Virus record (IMG/VR): IMGVR_UViG_3300025000_000065
Coordinates: 47,970-111,969 of that record
DNA: 64,000 nt
Strand: one strand, 5' to 3'
Origin: a virus
The notes under the pieces are model-generated. The model worked only from the letters and a program-made list of their open reading frames with translations. It did not search any database and was not told where the DNA came from. Positions 19,768-27,952 of the stretch are shown one piece after another. Each line of letters starts with the position of its first letter. Position 1 is the first letter of the stretch. A program made the translations under genes and the position numbers.

Positions 19768-21681
19768 TTGGCAGAACTTAATGAAAAGGCAAAGAAAATT
19801 TTCGCATTAAAATATTCGAAAAATAAAACAAAAATTTGGAGTGAAAAATGTAGAACGATTGCAAAACAAATAGCTGAAGCAGGAAAAAATTATGGATTAA
19901 CAGATGAACAAATATTAGAAGTCGAAGAAGAATATTATAAAGTCATATATGATCTACTGATTCTTCCTGGTGGAAGAATAATTGCAAATGCTGGAACAGG
20001 AATAAAAAATCTTGCAAACTGTTTTGTTTTAGCTATTCAAGATTCTAGAAGTTCCATATATGAAGCGTTAAAAGATGCTGCAGAAGTTTTTGCTATGGGT
20101 GGAGGGGTAGGATATTCTTTTTCCAATATTCGAGAAAAAGGTGCTTTAATTAATTCTACTGGCGGTGAAGCTTCTGGCGCTTTGAGTTTTATGACATTGT
20201 TTGATCAAACAGGAGAAGTAATTCAACAAGCATCTAGGAGAGGAGCTCAGTTAGGATCTTTAATTGTTTCACATCCCGATATTGAAAATTTTATTGAATT
20301 TAAATCTAATTTAGATGTGAGAAATTCAAGATTAATGGAAGAGTATGATCGTAATTTAAAATCTTTTGATGGGAGATTAAAAAATACAAAATATGAAAAA
20401 GTTTTAGAAAAAACTCTTTTGGATGATCAATTAACTCATTTCAATATTTCAGTTCTACTCACAGATGATTTTATGAATGCAGTAAAAGAAAATCGTAATT
20501 GGGATTTGATTTCTCCTGCAACAGGAAAAGTTATAAAAACAGTAAATGCAAAAGATTTATTATTACGAATGGCAACTCAAGCTTGGGAATCGGGAGATCC
20601 AGGGGAATTATTTTATGATCGAATAAATGAAGATAATATGGTGAAATTTTTAGAATTAATTTATGCAACCAACCCTTGTGGTGAAGTCCCCTTATTGTCT
20701 AACGAAAGTTGTATTCTGGCTTCAATTGTTCTTTTATATATTTTTGATCAAAAAACAAAACAAATTAATTGGGATTTATTAAAGACACTTATAAAAACAT
20801 TGATTAGATTTTTAGATGATGTTACAGAAGTAACAGAAGCTCCATTAGATAAAATAAACATTGTTACAAAATCATTGAGACGCTTAGGCGGTGGAGTAAT
20901 GGGTTTTGCAGATTTATTAGTAGAAATGAACATTCCATATGATTCAGATGAAGCAGTTGAATTATCGGAATATCTTTCATGGTTTATTAATTTCCATGCT
21001 TGGGAAGAATCATTTAAATTAGCTAAAGAACGTGGTGCTTTTGCTTACTATGATTCGGAAAAAGTCGATCTCCACGTAGTTGAAAAAGTTTTATATGATA
21101 ACCCTTATGAAAAATCATATATTAATCGAGAAGAATTAAGACAAATTGGCGTTAGAAACGTTGCCTGCATCAGTCTTGCACCTACGGGGTCTATTGCTAT
21201 TATTGGTGGCGTAAATAGCGCAATTGAGCCATTTTTTGCCCTTGCCTATAAACGCAACATCACAGAGGGGGTGGGAAATATTGCTAAAGATTCTATCTTT
21301 GAAGTGAATCCTGCATTAGAAAGAAAATTAAAAGAATTTGGATATGATAAAGAGAAAATAAATAATATATTGGAATACGCTTCTTCGACAGGAACATTAA
21401 CCGGATGCAAATTAGTGTCTGAGGAAGTACAAAAATTATTCAAAACATCTAATGAGATTCCTTGGAAAAGGCATGTAGATATTCAAGCTGCATGGCAAAA
21501 ATATACAAGTAATGCTATATCTAAAACCATTAATATTCCTGAAGAAGCTACTGTTCAAGATATTTTTGATATTTATCTCTATATGTGGGAAAAAAGATTA
21601 AAAGGCGGAACTATTTATAGAAACAATAGCAAATCATTTCAAATCTTAGAGAAACCAGAAAATATACAAAAGGAAAAATAA
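19768..21681 (+). CDS. nrdJ: Class II (adenosylcobalamin-dependent) ribonucleotide reductase
   Basis: PGGR, NCFV, RRGAQ, TNPCGEVPL..ESC, APTGS, ISKTIN and KGGTIYR; no beta-subunit gene nearby. Confidence 0.85.
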   Translation: MAELNEKAKKIFALKYSKNKTKIWSEKCRTIAKQIAEAGKNYGLTDEQILEVEEEYYKVIYDLLILPGGRIIANAGTGIKNLANCFVLAIQDSRSSIYEALKDAAEVFAMGGGVGYSFSNIREKGALINSTGGEASGALSFMTLFDQTGEVIQQASRRGAQLGSLIVSHPDIENFIEFKSNLDVRNSRLMEEYDRNLKSFDGRLKNTKYEKVLEKTLLDDQLTHFNISVLLTDDFMNAVKENRNWDLISPATGKVIKTVNAKDLLLRMATQAWESGDPGELFYDRINEDNMVKFLELIYATNPCGEVPLLSNESCILASIVLLYIFDQKTKQINWDLLKTLIKTLIRFLDDVTEVTEAPLDKINIVTKSLRRLGGGVMGFADLLVEMNIPYDSDEAVELSEYLSWFINFHAWEESFKLAKERGAFAYYDSEKVDLHVVEKVLYDNPYEKSYINREELRQIGVRNVACISLAPTGSIAIIGGVNSAIEPFFALAYKRNITEGVGNIAKDSIFEVNPALERKLKEFGYDKEKINNILEYASSTGTLTGCKLVSEEVQKLFKTSNEIPWKRHVDIQAAWQKYTSNAISKTINIPEEATVQDIFDIYLYMWEKRLKGGTIYRNNSKSFQILEKPENIQKEK

Positions 21682-21684
21682 AAA

Positions 21685-22038
21685 ATGAATATTAACGAAT
21701 ATTGTGAATTAGCAAACAGAACAAACGCCAATCTTGAAACTGAAGTCTTAAATACTCTCCACATGCTTATGGGAATGCAAACGGAAATTGGAGAATTAAC
21801 AGATCCATTTAAAAAACAATTAGCATATAATAAACCTGTTGATTGGATAAATGTAAAAGAAGAAATTGGTGATTTAATGTGGTACATAGGAAATTTATGT
21901 TACATGTTAAACTTCGACTTAGAAAAAATATTAGAAAAAAATATTGAAAAATTAAAAACCCGTTATCCAGATAAATTTGATTCAGGATATGCCATACAAA
22001 GAAATCTCAACAAAGAACGAAGCATTTTAGAATCATAA
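21685..22038 (+). CDS. MazG-like nucleotide pyrophosphohydrolase
   Basis: GMQTEIGE, EEIGDLMWY and NIEKLKTRYP. Confidence 0.85.
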   Translation: MNINEYCELANRTNANLETEVLNTLHMLMGMQTEIGELTDPFKKQLAYNKPVDWINVKEEIGDLMWYIGNLCYMLNFDLEKILEKNIEKLKTRYPDKFDSGYAIQRNLNKERSILES

Positions 22039-22081
22039 TAATCCTAATTATAATAATCATGATTATATAAAAATCCAAAAA

Positions 22082-22111
22082 AAAATAACTCCTATTTTTA
22101 GGAGTTATTTT
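22082..22111 (+). terminator. Intrinsic terminator
   Basis: Stem aaaataactcct/aggagttatttt after mazG. Confidence 0.75.
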
Positions 22112-22122
22112 AATATTGATAC

Positions 22123-22151
22123 TTGACAACAAATAAGAAAAGGTGTAAAAT
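22123..22151 (+). promoter_or_regulatory. Sigma70-type promoter
   Basis: TTGACA-17 nt-TAAAAT ahead of the small-ORF cluster. Confidence 0.8.
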
Positions 22152-22193
22152 ATTTTATATCAATAAAAATTTTATAATAAGAAAGGAAAAATT

Positions 22194-22421
22194 ATGAAAT
22201 ATGAAAATTTAGAAAAAGCAAGTGCATTATATGATAAAATTAATCAAGTAAAAAACGTTATAAGAAACATGGAAGAAGAAATGAATCAAAACAATGACAT
22301 CACCAAATATATCAATATAGGTGAAGAACAATTTCAAATGGAACAAAAATTCTTTTTAGAAATATTAAATTGTATGATTTCTTATGATGAGTTTTTAATA
22401 AAAAAATTAGAAGAACTGTAA
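22194..22421 (+). CDS. Hypothetical protein
   Basis: 75-aa ORF downstream of the promoter; AAGGA SD. Confidence 0.65.
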   Translation: MKYENLEKASALYDKINQVKNVIRNMEEEMNQNNDITKYINIGEEQFQMEQKFFLEILNCMISYDEFLIKKLEEL

Positions 22422-22439
22422 TAAAACAAACATTTCATT
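22420..22439. repeat. AATAAAA-N6-TTTCATT palindrome variant
   Basis: AATAAAA caaaca TTTCATT (one mismatch). Confidence 0.55.
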
Positions 22440-22459
22440 AGGAATAAAGGAGACTAAAT

Positions 22460-22705
22460 ATGACTAAAAAACTTTCTGGAAGATATTGTTTTGAAGAAGA
22501 TGGTTATAATCAAATGTACTGCATTCCCATAGAATTACAAAATAAATTTAATGAACTTTTTGATTATATAGTAATGTTAAAACAAGATGGTTCAACTAAA
22601 CAATTAGAACAAATAGAATTGTTTAATTCTATTTTTGCAGGTTATCGCTTAAATAAAGATCTTAATAAATATAGTTTTACCGATCTTCAAGAAATAGAGG
22701 AATAA
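22460..22705 (+). CDS. Hypothetical protein
   Basis: 81-aa ORF; AAGGAG SD. Confidence 0.7.
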   Translation: MTKKLSGRYCFEEDGYNQMYCIPIELQNKFNELFDYIVMLKQDGSTKQLEQIELFNSIFAGYRLNKDLNKYSFTDLQEIEE

Positions 22706-22710
22706 TAAAA

Positions 22711-22932
22711 ATGTCCACTCAACACACATTAGGATTTAAATTTACTCATGGAGGATTCATTAATGAAACAATAGAACAATCACACAGCTTTGATGAATCC
22801 GAAGAAGGATTATTAGTTGATATGATACGACAATACATGCATTTTCTAATTGCAGTTGGCTTTCATCCACAGTCAGTCGAAGATGTTATGGAAGAAATAG
22901 TGCAAGAAAAATCTTGGTCTGGTGGAAAATGA
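22711..22932 (+). CDS. Hypothetical protein
   Basis: 73-aa ORF tightly coupled to its neighbours. Confidence 0.65.
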   Translation: MSTQHTLGFKFTHGGFINETIEQSHSFDESEEGLLVDMIRQYMHFLIAVGFHPQSVEDVMEEIVQEKSWSGGK

Positions 22933-23201
22933 ATAAACTAACACAACCAATAAAAAATATAGCCAAATGTTTGTTATGTGGAGATATCATAGAATCAAAA
23001 CACAGACATGATTTTGTTACCTGTAAATGTGGAAATTTATCAGTAGATGGAGGACATGACTATTTTAAAAGAAGTATTGTTCATGGTCTTGATTCCTATA
23101 AAGAATTAAATCTCCTAAAAGATGAAGAAGATAGAGAATCTGATTATTGCGAAAATTGTGATTTAGATAATCCAAGTTGTGATAAGTGCATAGGTTCATA
23201 A
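22929..23201 (+). CDS. Small Zn-binding phage protein
   Basis: CLLCGD.IES...HDFVTCKCG..VDGG; ATGA overlap with the upstream gene. Confidence 0.7.
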   Translation: MNKLTQPIKNIAKCLLCGDIIESKHRHDFVTCKCGNLSVDGGHDYFKRSIVHGLDSYKELNLLKDEEDRESDYCENCDLDNPSCDKCIGS

Positions 23202-23234
23202 TATGCAATATTTTACATATAAGGAATAATAAAA

Positions 23235-23378
23235 ATGAAGATAGAAAAATGGATGATAATTTATTGGATAGGCGCTATTTGTGCGTTTTGTGGATATTGT
23301 CTTGAGGATTTCGCTATTATACTTGGAGGATTATTAATTTTATTAATAGGAACTATTAAAGGAATGACAAAACAATGA
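23235..23378 (+). CDS. Small membrane protein (47 aa, below the ORF-track cutoff)
   Basis: MKIEKWMIIYWIGAICAFCGYCLEDFAIILGGLLILLIGTIKGMTKQ*; two hydrophobic segments; ATGA overlap with the next gene. Confidence 0.55.
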   Translation: MKIEKWMIIYWIGAICAFCGYCLEDFAIILGGLLILLIGTIKGMTKQ

Positions 23379-23755
23379 AAATTTATTTAGCAGGTGGACT
23401 AAGAAATCCTTGGAGAAAAACCGTAAAAATAAATGCAAGTTATCCAGATATTAAATATCTTGATCCAAATGAACACGAATTAAACATTCCATCACAATAT
23501 ACTAATCTAGATCTAAATATGATCGATCATTCTGATTTGGTATTTGGATATTTAGAAGAGGATAATCCAGGTGGATATAATACCTTATTCGAATTGGGAT
23601 ATGCAATAGGAAAAGGAATACCCATTATTTTTATAAATGAAAAACCCGATTGGGATAAATATGTGGGAATGATAAAAGAGAGTTCCTTATTTTATACAGA
23701 CATATTCGAAGAAGGGGCAATGTTTCTCAGGAAGTATTTGAGGATAATAAGATAA
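23375..23755 (+). CDS. Nucleoside 2-deoxyribosyltransferase-like protein
   Basis: KIYLAG, DL..ID.SD and T.FELGYA.GKG.PI. Confidence 0.8.
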   Translation: MKIYLAGGLRNPWRKTVKINASYPDIKYLDPNEHELNIPSQYTNLDLNMIDHSDLVFGYLEEDNPGGYNTLFELGYAIGKGIPIIFINEKPDWDKYVGMIKESSLFYTDIFEEGAMFLRKYLRIIR

Positions 23756-24142
23756 ATGAAACAAGAATTAGAAGAAAAACTAAGAAAAGAATTTAATTTC
23801 TACAATGGATTTTGGGATAATGGACTTCCATTTGAATGTGGAGATGGATGGTTTAATATTTTATACGATTTATCTAAGGAAATACAAAAATTAATAGATA
23901 ATAAAAAAATAAGCAAAGATTTCAATGTTTATCAAGTAAAAGAAAAATTTGCTTTTTTACACTACTATACAAATTTTTCAACCGATGAATTAGATGACCT
24001 GATAACTCAAGCAGAAGAAAAATCTATGACAACATGTGAACAATGTAGTCAACTAGGAGAAACAAGAAATATTGGACACTGGTATGTTACCTTATGCGAT
24101 AATTGTTTGAATGAAAGAAATAAAGAAAGAAATTCAATATGA
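23756..24142 (+). CDS. Conserved phage hypothetical protein
   Basis: ECGDGW, QVKEKF and CEQC...TLC pattern. Confidence 0.7.
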   Translation: MKQELEEKLRKEFNFYNGFWDNGLPFECGDGWFNILYDLSKEIQKLIDNKKISKDFNVYQVKEKFAFLHYYTNFSTDELDDLITQAEEKSMTTCEQCSQLGETRNIGHWYVTLCDNCLNERNKERNSI

Positions 24143-24648
24143 AATATTGGCTCACTACTGATACACATTTTGGTCATTCAAAAATGATGGAATATTGTAA
24201 CCGACCTGAAGATTTTTCTGAAATAATATTGAAAAATCTTCGTCACTCTGTTAAACATGATGATATCTTAATACATCTAGGAGACATTTGTATTTATAAT
24301 GATGTGATATGGCATTTACAACTTCTTACTGTTCCTGGTAGACATTGGTTAATTCGAGGAAACCACGATAAAAAATCTAACTCGTGGTATTTAGAAAATG
24401 GATGGAGCATGGTATGTGATCAATTTCAAGATAAAATATTTGGAAAAACTATTATGTTTTCTCATAAGCCTGTAATCTGGAATGGAGAATATGATATAAA
24501 TATTCATGGTCACTTTCATAATGTAGATCCAAACAGACACGAGAAAGAATTAGTTGCTATTAAAAACGTGTCTCAAAAATTGTTAGCTTTAGAATATACA
24601 AATTATATGCCTGTTACTTTGGAAAAATTCATTGTTGGAAAAGCATAA
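24139..24648 (+). CDS. Calcineurin-like metallophosphoesterase
   Basis: TDTHFGH, HLGD, GNHD, SHKP and HGHFH. Confidence 0.88.
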   Translation: MKYWLTTDTHFGHSKMMEYCNRPEDFSEIILKNLRHSVKHDDILIHLGDICIYNDVIWHLQLLTVPGRHWLIRGNHDKKSNSWYLENGWSMVCDQFQDKIFGKTIMFSHKPVIWNGEYDINIHGHFHNVDPNRHEKELVAIKNVSQKLLALEYTNYMPVTLEKFIVGKA

Positions 24649-24679
24649 ATTAAAACCATTTTATTTTTAAGGAGAAAAA

Positions 24680-24877
24680 ATGAAAAAAGCAATATTTACT
24701 ATTTATAATGAAGTATTCGTAATGAAGTTTGAGCATAATGAAAAGTTTAGTAATAAAAAGAAAAGAAAAATAGCCAAAAAAATATTAAAAATATTCGATG
24801 CAGAAGCAGAAATAAACGAAATCTTTGGATTAGATGATTTAATTATTGAAGATAAAAGAACCTCGAAAAATATTTGA
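24680..24877 (+). CDS. Hypothetical protein
   Basis: 65-aa ORF; AAGGAG SD. Confidence 0.6.
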   Translation: MKKAIFTIYNEVFVMKFEHNEKFSNKKKRKIAKKILKIFDAEAEINEIFGLDDLIIEDKRTSKNI

Positions 24878-24902
24878 CAATAAAATGATTATCGATTAGA
24901 AT
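24874..24902 (+). promoter_or_regulatory. Near-consensus sigma70 promoter with no convincing downstream CDS
   Basis: TTGACA-17 nt-TAGAAT. Confidence 0.8.
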
Positions 24903-24903
24903 A

Positions 24904-25055
24904 CTACTAACAGTACCTAGAACGCCTCTACCTAGTAAGCGTACCGATCTTGTTTTATAAAATAGGGAATTATTTTATAAAGCACGGACACCAATTATGT
25001 CTGAGGTCATACTCAATAAGGGTTGGATTGGCAACTCTTATTGTCTTGTTAGTAG
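24904..25055 (+). ncRNA. Candidate structured non-coding RNA (about 150 nt)
   Basis: Follows the promoter. Closing stem 24904-24912/25047-25055, 14-bp hairpin 24951-24984, 12-bp hairpin 25014-25043 and shorter stems. Stem mismatches read as G-U wobbles on the + strand. Confidence 0.55.
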
Positions 25056-25208
25056 AACAAAACTGGTTGTATTTCATCTTACTGGTAAGACACTACACAT
25101 TTTACAAAGGAGTTTTGTGTATTTTCACACATTTTACATATAAAAAATGTGTAATTTAGGTCACATAACCTTTAGGTTATACAACCTATTTAATAGGTAA
25201 AATCATAA

Positions 25209-25246
25209 AAAAATAGACCATAGAAATTAATCCATAGTCTATTTTT
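25209..25246. terminator. Bidirectional terminator at the convergence of the two gene arms
   Basis: Stem aaaaatagac/gtctattttt with A and T tracts on either side. Confidence 0.65.
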
Positions 25247-25269
25247 AATTTATAAATATTTATTATTTA

Positions 25270-26265
25270 TTATTCAATTCTTTTTAAATATTGCTTTCCA
25301 GCATGTTTTTCTGCAACCCATCCAATATTCTTATCAAAGATCCAATTTTCATAAGGAGCAAAAGAATTATCAAATTCTACTATGTTTCCTTTTAATAATT
25401 TTTTCCCCGTAAATGTATTTGCAGAAACTCTTGGTTGTGTCCTAATATTTAATTCATCTGAAACAACCTCAAATTTTATTGTTTTACCGTCATCAATAGG
25501 ATCAGTTGGATCTACAGGAGGGGGTTCAACAGGAGGTTTTGGAACAGTTGGGACTTTAAATTGAGCACAAAGTTGTTCAAAAGATCCTTTATAGTAATTC
25601 ATATCTAACCCAAGACTTTCAGCACCAAAAGCTAGTCCATCCCCTTTATCACTCCACTGCCAAAATGTAAACGTATCCCAAGGTGTAAGTCTTTTCACAT
25701 TATCTTCCATATAAGATTGATTGGTATAAGAAGCAATCCATAATGGATAGTTTTTCCATACGTCCGCATCTGTACCATGCTCAGCCCAAAAAAAAGCACC
25801 AGTATATATAATTGGTTTTTTACCAGAAAGTCTTTCCATCTCTACTACATAGTTCCATAAAATATCATATGCTTTTGGAGGTGGTGGATTCCAATACTCA
25901 AAGTCAATAACGGGTGGCAATTCACCAGGATCATTTTGAATAATCGACCATGCGTATTGCGCCTGTTTTTTTGGATCAGCAATCCAATCGAGAAAATGAT
26001 AAGCTCCTCTTAATAGCCCTGCCTGTTTTGAAGATTTCCAGTTATACAAAATATCTTCATCAGTCCATAAAGCTTGAGAAGATTTAATAAATACAAATTT
26101 AGCCCCCATTGCAACTGACTTTGTAAAGTCCATTTGTTGAGCGGTGGAATTATTGTCCTGCCATTTTGAAACATCAATGCCAAGTGTATAAGCCATAGAT
26201 TCCTCCATTGTTTTCCAATCATTCATAATCAACGGTAAAAATACTGTTGTTATTTCAGTTTCCAT
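25270..26265 (-). CDS. Endolysin: GH25 muramidase, Pro-rich linker and SH3-like domain
   Basis: GIDVSKWQ, FVFIKSSQ, RGAYHF, PPVIDFE, WIASY, FWQWS and DMN; PKPPVEPPPVDP linker; LNIRTQP (SH3b-like). A second in-frame start lies at 26196. Confidence 0.9.
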   Translation of the reverse strand: METEITTVFLPLIMNDWKTMEESMAYTLGIDVSKWQDNNSTAQQMDFTKSVAMGAKFVFIKSSQALWTDEDILYNWKSSKQAGLLRGAYHFLDWIADPKKQAQYAWSIIQNDPGELPPVIDFEYWNPPPPKAYDILWNYVVEMERLSGKKPIIYTGAFFWAEHGTDADVWKNYPLWIASYTNQSYMEDNVKRLTPWDTFTFWQWSDKGDGLAFGAESLGLDMNYYKGSFEQLCAQFKVPTVPKPPVEPPPVDPTDPIDDGKTIKFEVVSDELNIRTQPRVSANTFTGKKLLKGNIVEFDNSFAPYENWIFDKNIGWVAEKHAGKQYLKRIE

Positions 26266-26286
26266 TTCATTACTCCATTTTATATA

Positions 26287-26333
26287 CCCCCACATATGGG
26301 GTATATCACATCACGATACACCATATATGGGGG
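26287..26333. promoter_or_regulatory. Tandem NrdR-box-like operators upstream of the endolysin
   Basis: cccccacatatggggt (26287-26302) and acaccatatatggggg (26318-26333), 31-bp period; compare the NrdR consensus acaCwAtATaTwGtgt. Confidence 0.65.
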
Positions 26334-26343
26334 TTAAAAACCA

Positions 26344-26363
26344 AATAAAATCAACATTTTATT
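26344..26363. repeat. AATAAAA-N6-TTTTATT palindrome, copy 3
   Basis: AATAAAA tcaaca TTTTATT. Confidence 0.7.
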
Positions 26364-26375
26364 TAAAATAAAATT

Positions 26376-27152
26376 TTATCCAAAACCATATAATGAAAGT
26401 AAAGTTCCTGCTCTAAAATTGTATCGAGTTGAATATGTTCCACCTGTTATATACGCTCTAATCCTAGTTATAGGAACAGTGTTTTTCCAAACACCATTTA
26501 TAATAGAAGATTGTCCAGAAACACTTGAAAAAATAGAGGATGAAAATCCCATTGCTGTTTTGTACAATCCACCAGAAGCTGAGTAATTAGGAATAATTCC
26601 AAATACGCTGCCGCTATCAGTTGCTAGATAATTAGGAACACTTCCTATTATAACTCCTCCATTGGTATAAACTTGCAATGTATTGAGTCCTATTAAATCT
26701 CGTAACCATTGAGAAGCAATATAGTTTCCACTATTAGCATCTCCATTAAAATCCAATCCTACATCTGCAAAAGTTCCATTTGTTCCTGCTGCTAATCCCA
26801 TAATTATTAAATGTTTGAAATCTTGAGGAATATCAGTGAAATCAGCCTGACCCAATCCTTCAAATTCATCTATTTTTTGTAATTTTAAATTTAAGGTATC
26901 AACAGCAGAACTTAAAGTAGAAATCGAAGAAGTTATTGTGGATATATCCGAATTAATAGCGGTTATAGAACCACTAATTTGACTTCTAGCGTCCGTTAAA
27001 GAACCACTAATATCTCCTGCAAATGTATCAATTATAGTCATATTACTAACTGATGATCCTGCTACATCATTAGTCCAACTAATAAAACTTCCACTTTGAT
27101 CAGTTGTAGCGTTATACAGAATCAATCCTAAATTTGTACTTGTAGTTGTCAT
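26376..27152 (-). CDS. Putative tail fibre / receptor-binding protein, paralogue A
   Basis: Distal end of the tail module; Ser/Thr-rich stalk plus beta-rich head ending LYG; paralogous to the next ORF. Confidence 0.6.
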   Translation of the reverse strand: MTTTSTNLGLILYNATTDQSGSFISWTNDVAGSSVSNMTIIDTFAGDISGSLTDARSQISGSITAINSDISTITSSISTLSSAVDTLNLKLQKIDEFEGLGQADFTDIPQDFKHLIIMGLAAGTNGTFADVGLDFNGDANSGNYIASQWLRDLIGLNTLQVYTNGGVIIGSVPNYLATDSGSVFGIIPNYSASGGLYKTAMGFSSSIFSSVSGQSSIINGVWKNTVPITRIRAYITGGTYSTRYNFRAGTLLSLYGFG

Positions 27153-27162
27153 ATTTTATTCC

Positions 27163-27951
27163 TTATTCTACACCATAAAGAGTTATTTCAGTTCCATCGA
27201 CAAAATTATATCGTGTTGTATCTGATCCGCTCGAACCAAAAATTCTTATTCTGTCTATAGGACTAGCTGATTGCCAAACACCACCCGATATATTACTCTT
27301 TCTCCAAACATCCTGTGTTACAGAGCCAAATCCAAGTGCTGATTTTTTTAAAACTTGACTTCCAGAATAATTTGGTATAACTCCAAAAACAGAACCACCA
27401 TATCCATAATTATCACTTCCAGAAACACTACTTAAAATTAAATGACCATTAACATCATAATAAGAAAGTGTTTCAGTAGGTGCTGGTATTGTAGAGCCTG
27501 ATCTTTCCCAATTTACACTTATGTAACTTGAAGATGTTGAGACTCCATTAAAATCGATTCCGATAAAAGAAAACATTCCTGGACTTTGAGATGCAGCATT
27601 TCCCATTAAGATTAAATGTTTATAATCTTGAGAAATTGAACTGAAATCGGCTTGTCCAGATCCACTAAAAATACCAAGTATTTCAAATCTGCTAACGGTA
27701 TCAGTTATTTGAGATCCACTTGCTTCGACTTGAGCAGAGGCACTTGTTATAGAACCCGATATAGACAAATCAGAACCCGAATAGCCGGTAATTAAATTAG
27801 TAATATTTAATACTAATTGTCCTGAAAAAATATCAATTTTGGTCATATTACTATCGAATATTCCATTCATCTGTTTTCTTAGTTCATCAAACCCTATATC
27901 TCCATCGGATTTTATATTATATGTAAATAAATTTAAATTAGTTGTAGACAT
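27163..27951 (-). CDS. Putative tail fibre / receptor-binding protein, paralogue B
   Basis: Shares SNMT.ID.F.G, GQADF..I.QD.KHLI.MG, VFG.IPNYS and RYNF..GT...LYG with paralogue A. Confidence 0.6.
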   Translation of the reverse strand: MSTTNLNLFTYNIKSDGDIGFDELRKQMNGIFDSNMTKIDIFSGQLVLNITNLITGYSGSDLSISGSITSASAQVEASGSQITDTVSRFEILGIFSGSGQADFSSISQDYKHLILMGNAASQSPGMFSFIGIDFNGVSTSSSYISVNWERSGSTIPAPTETLSYYDVNGHLILSSVSGSDNYGYGGSVFGVIPNYSGSQVLKKSALGFGSVTQDVWRKSNISGGVWQSASPIDRIRIFGSSGSDTTRYNFVDGTEITLYGVE

Positions 27952-27952
27952 A

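Noticed and set aside
24950-25159. 69-aa ORF after the 24874 promoter
   Set aside because: TTG start without an SD, buried in a long hairpin, with no recognisable protein features. A structured RNA explains the region better.
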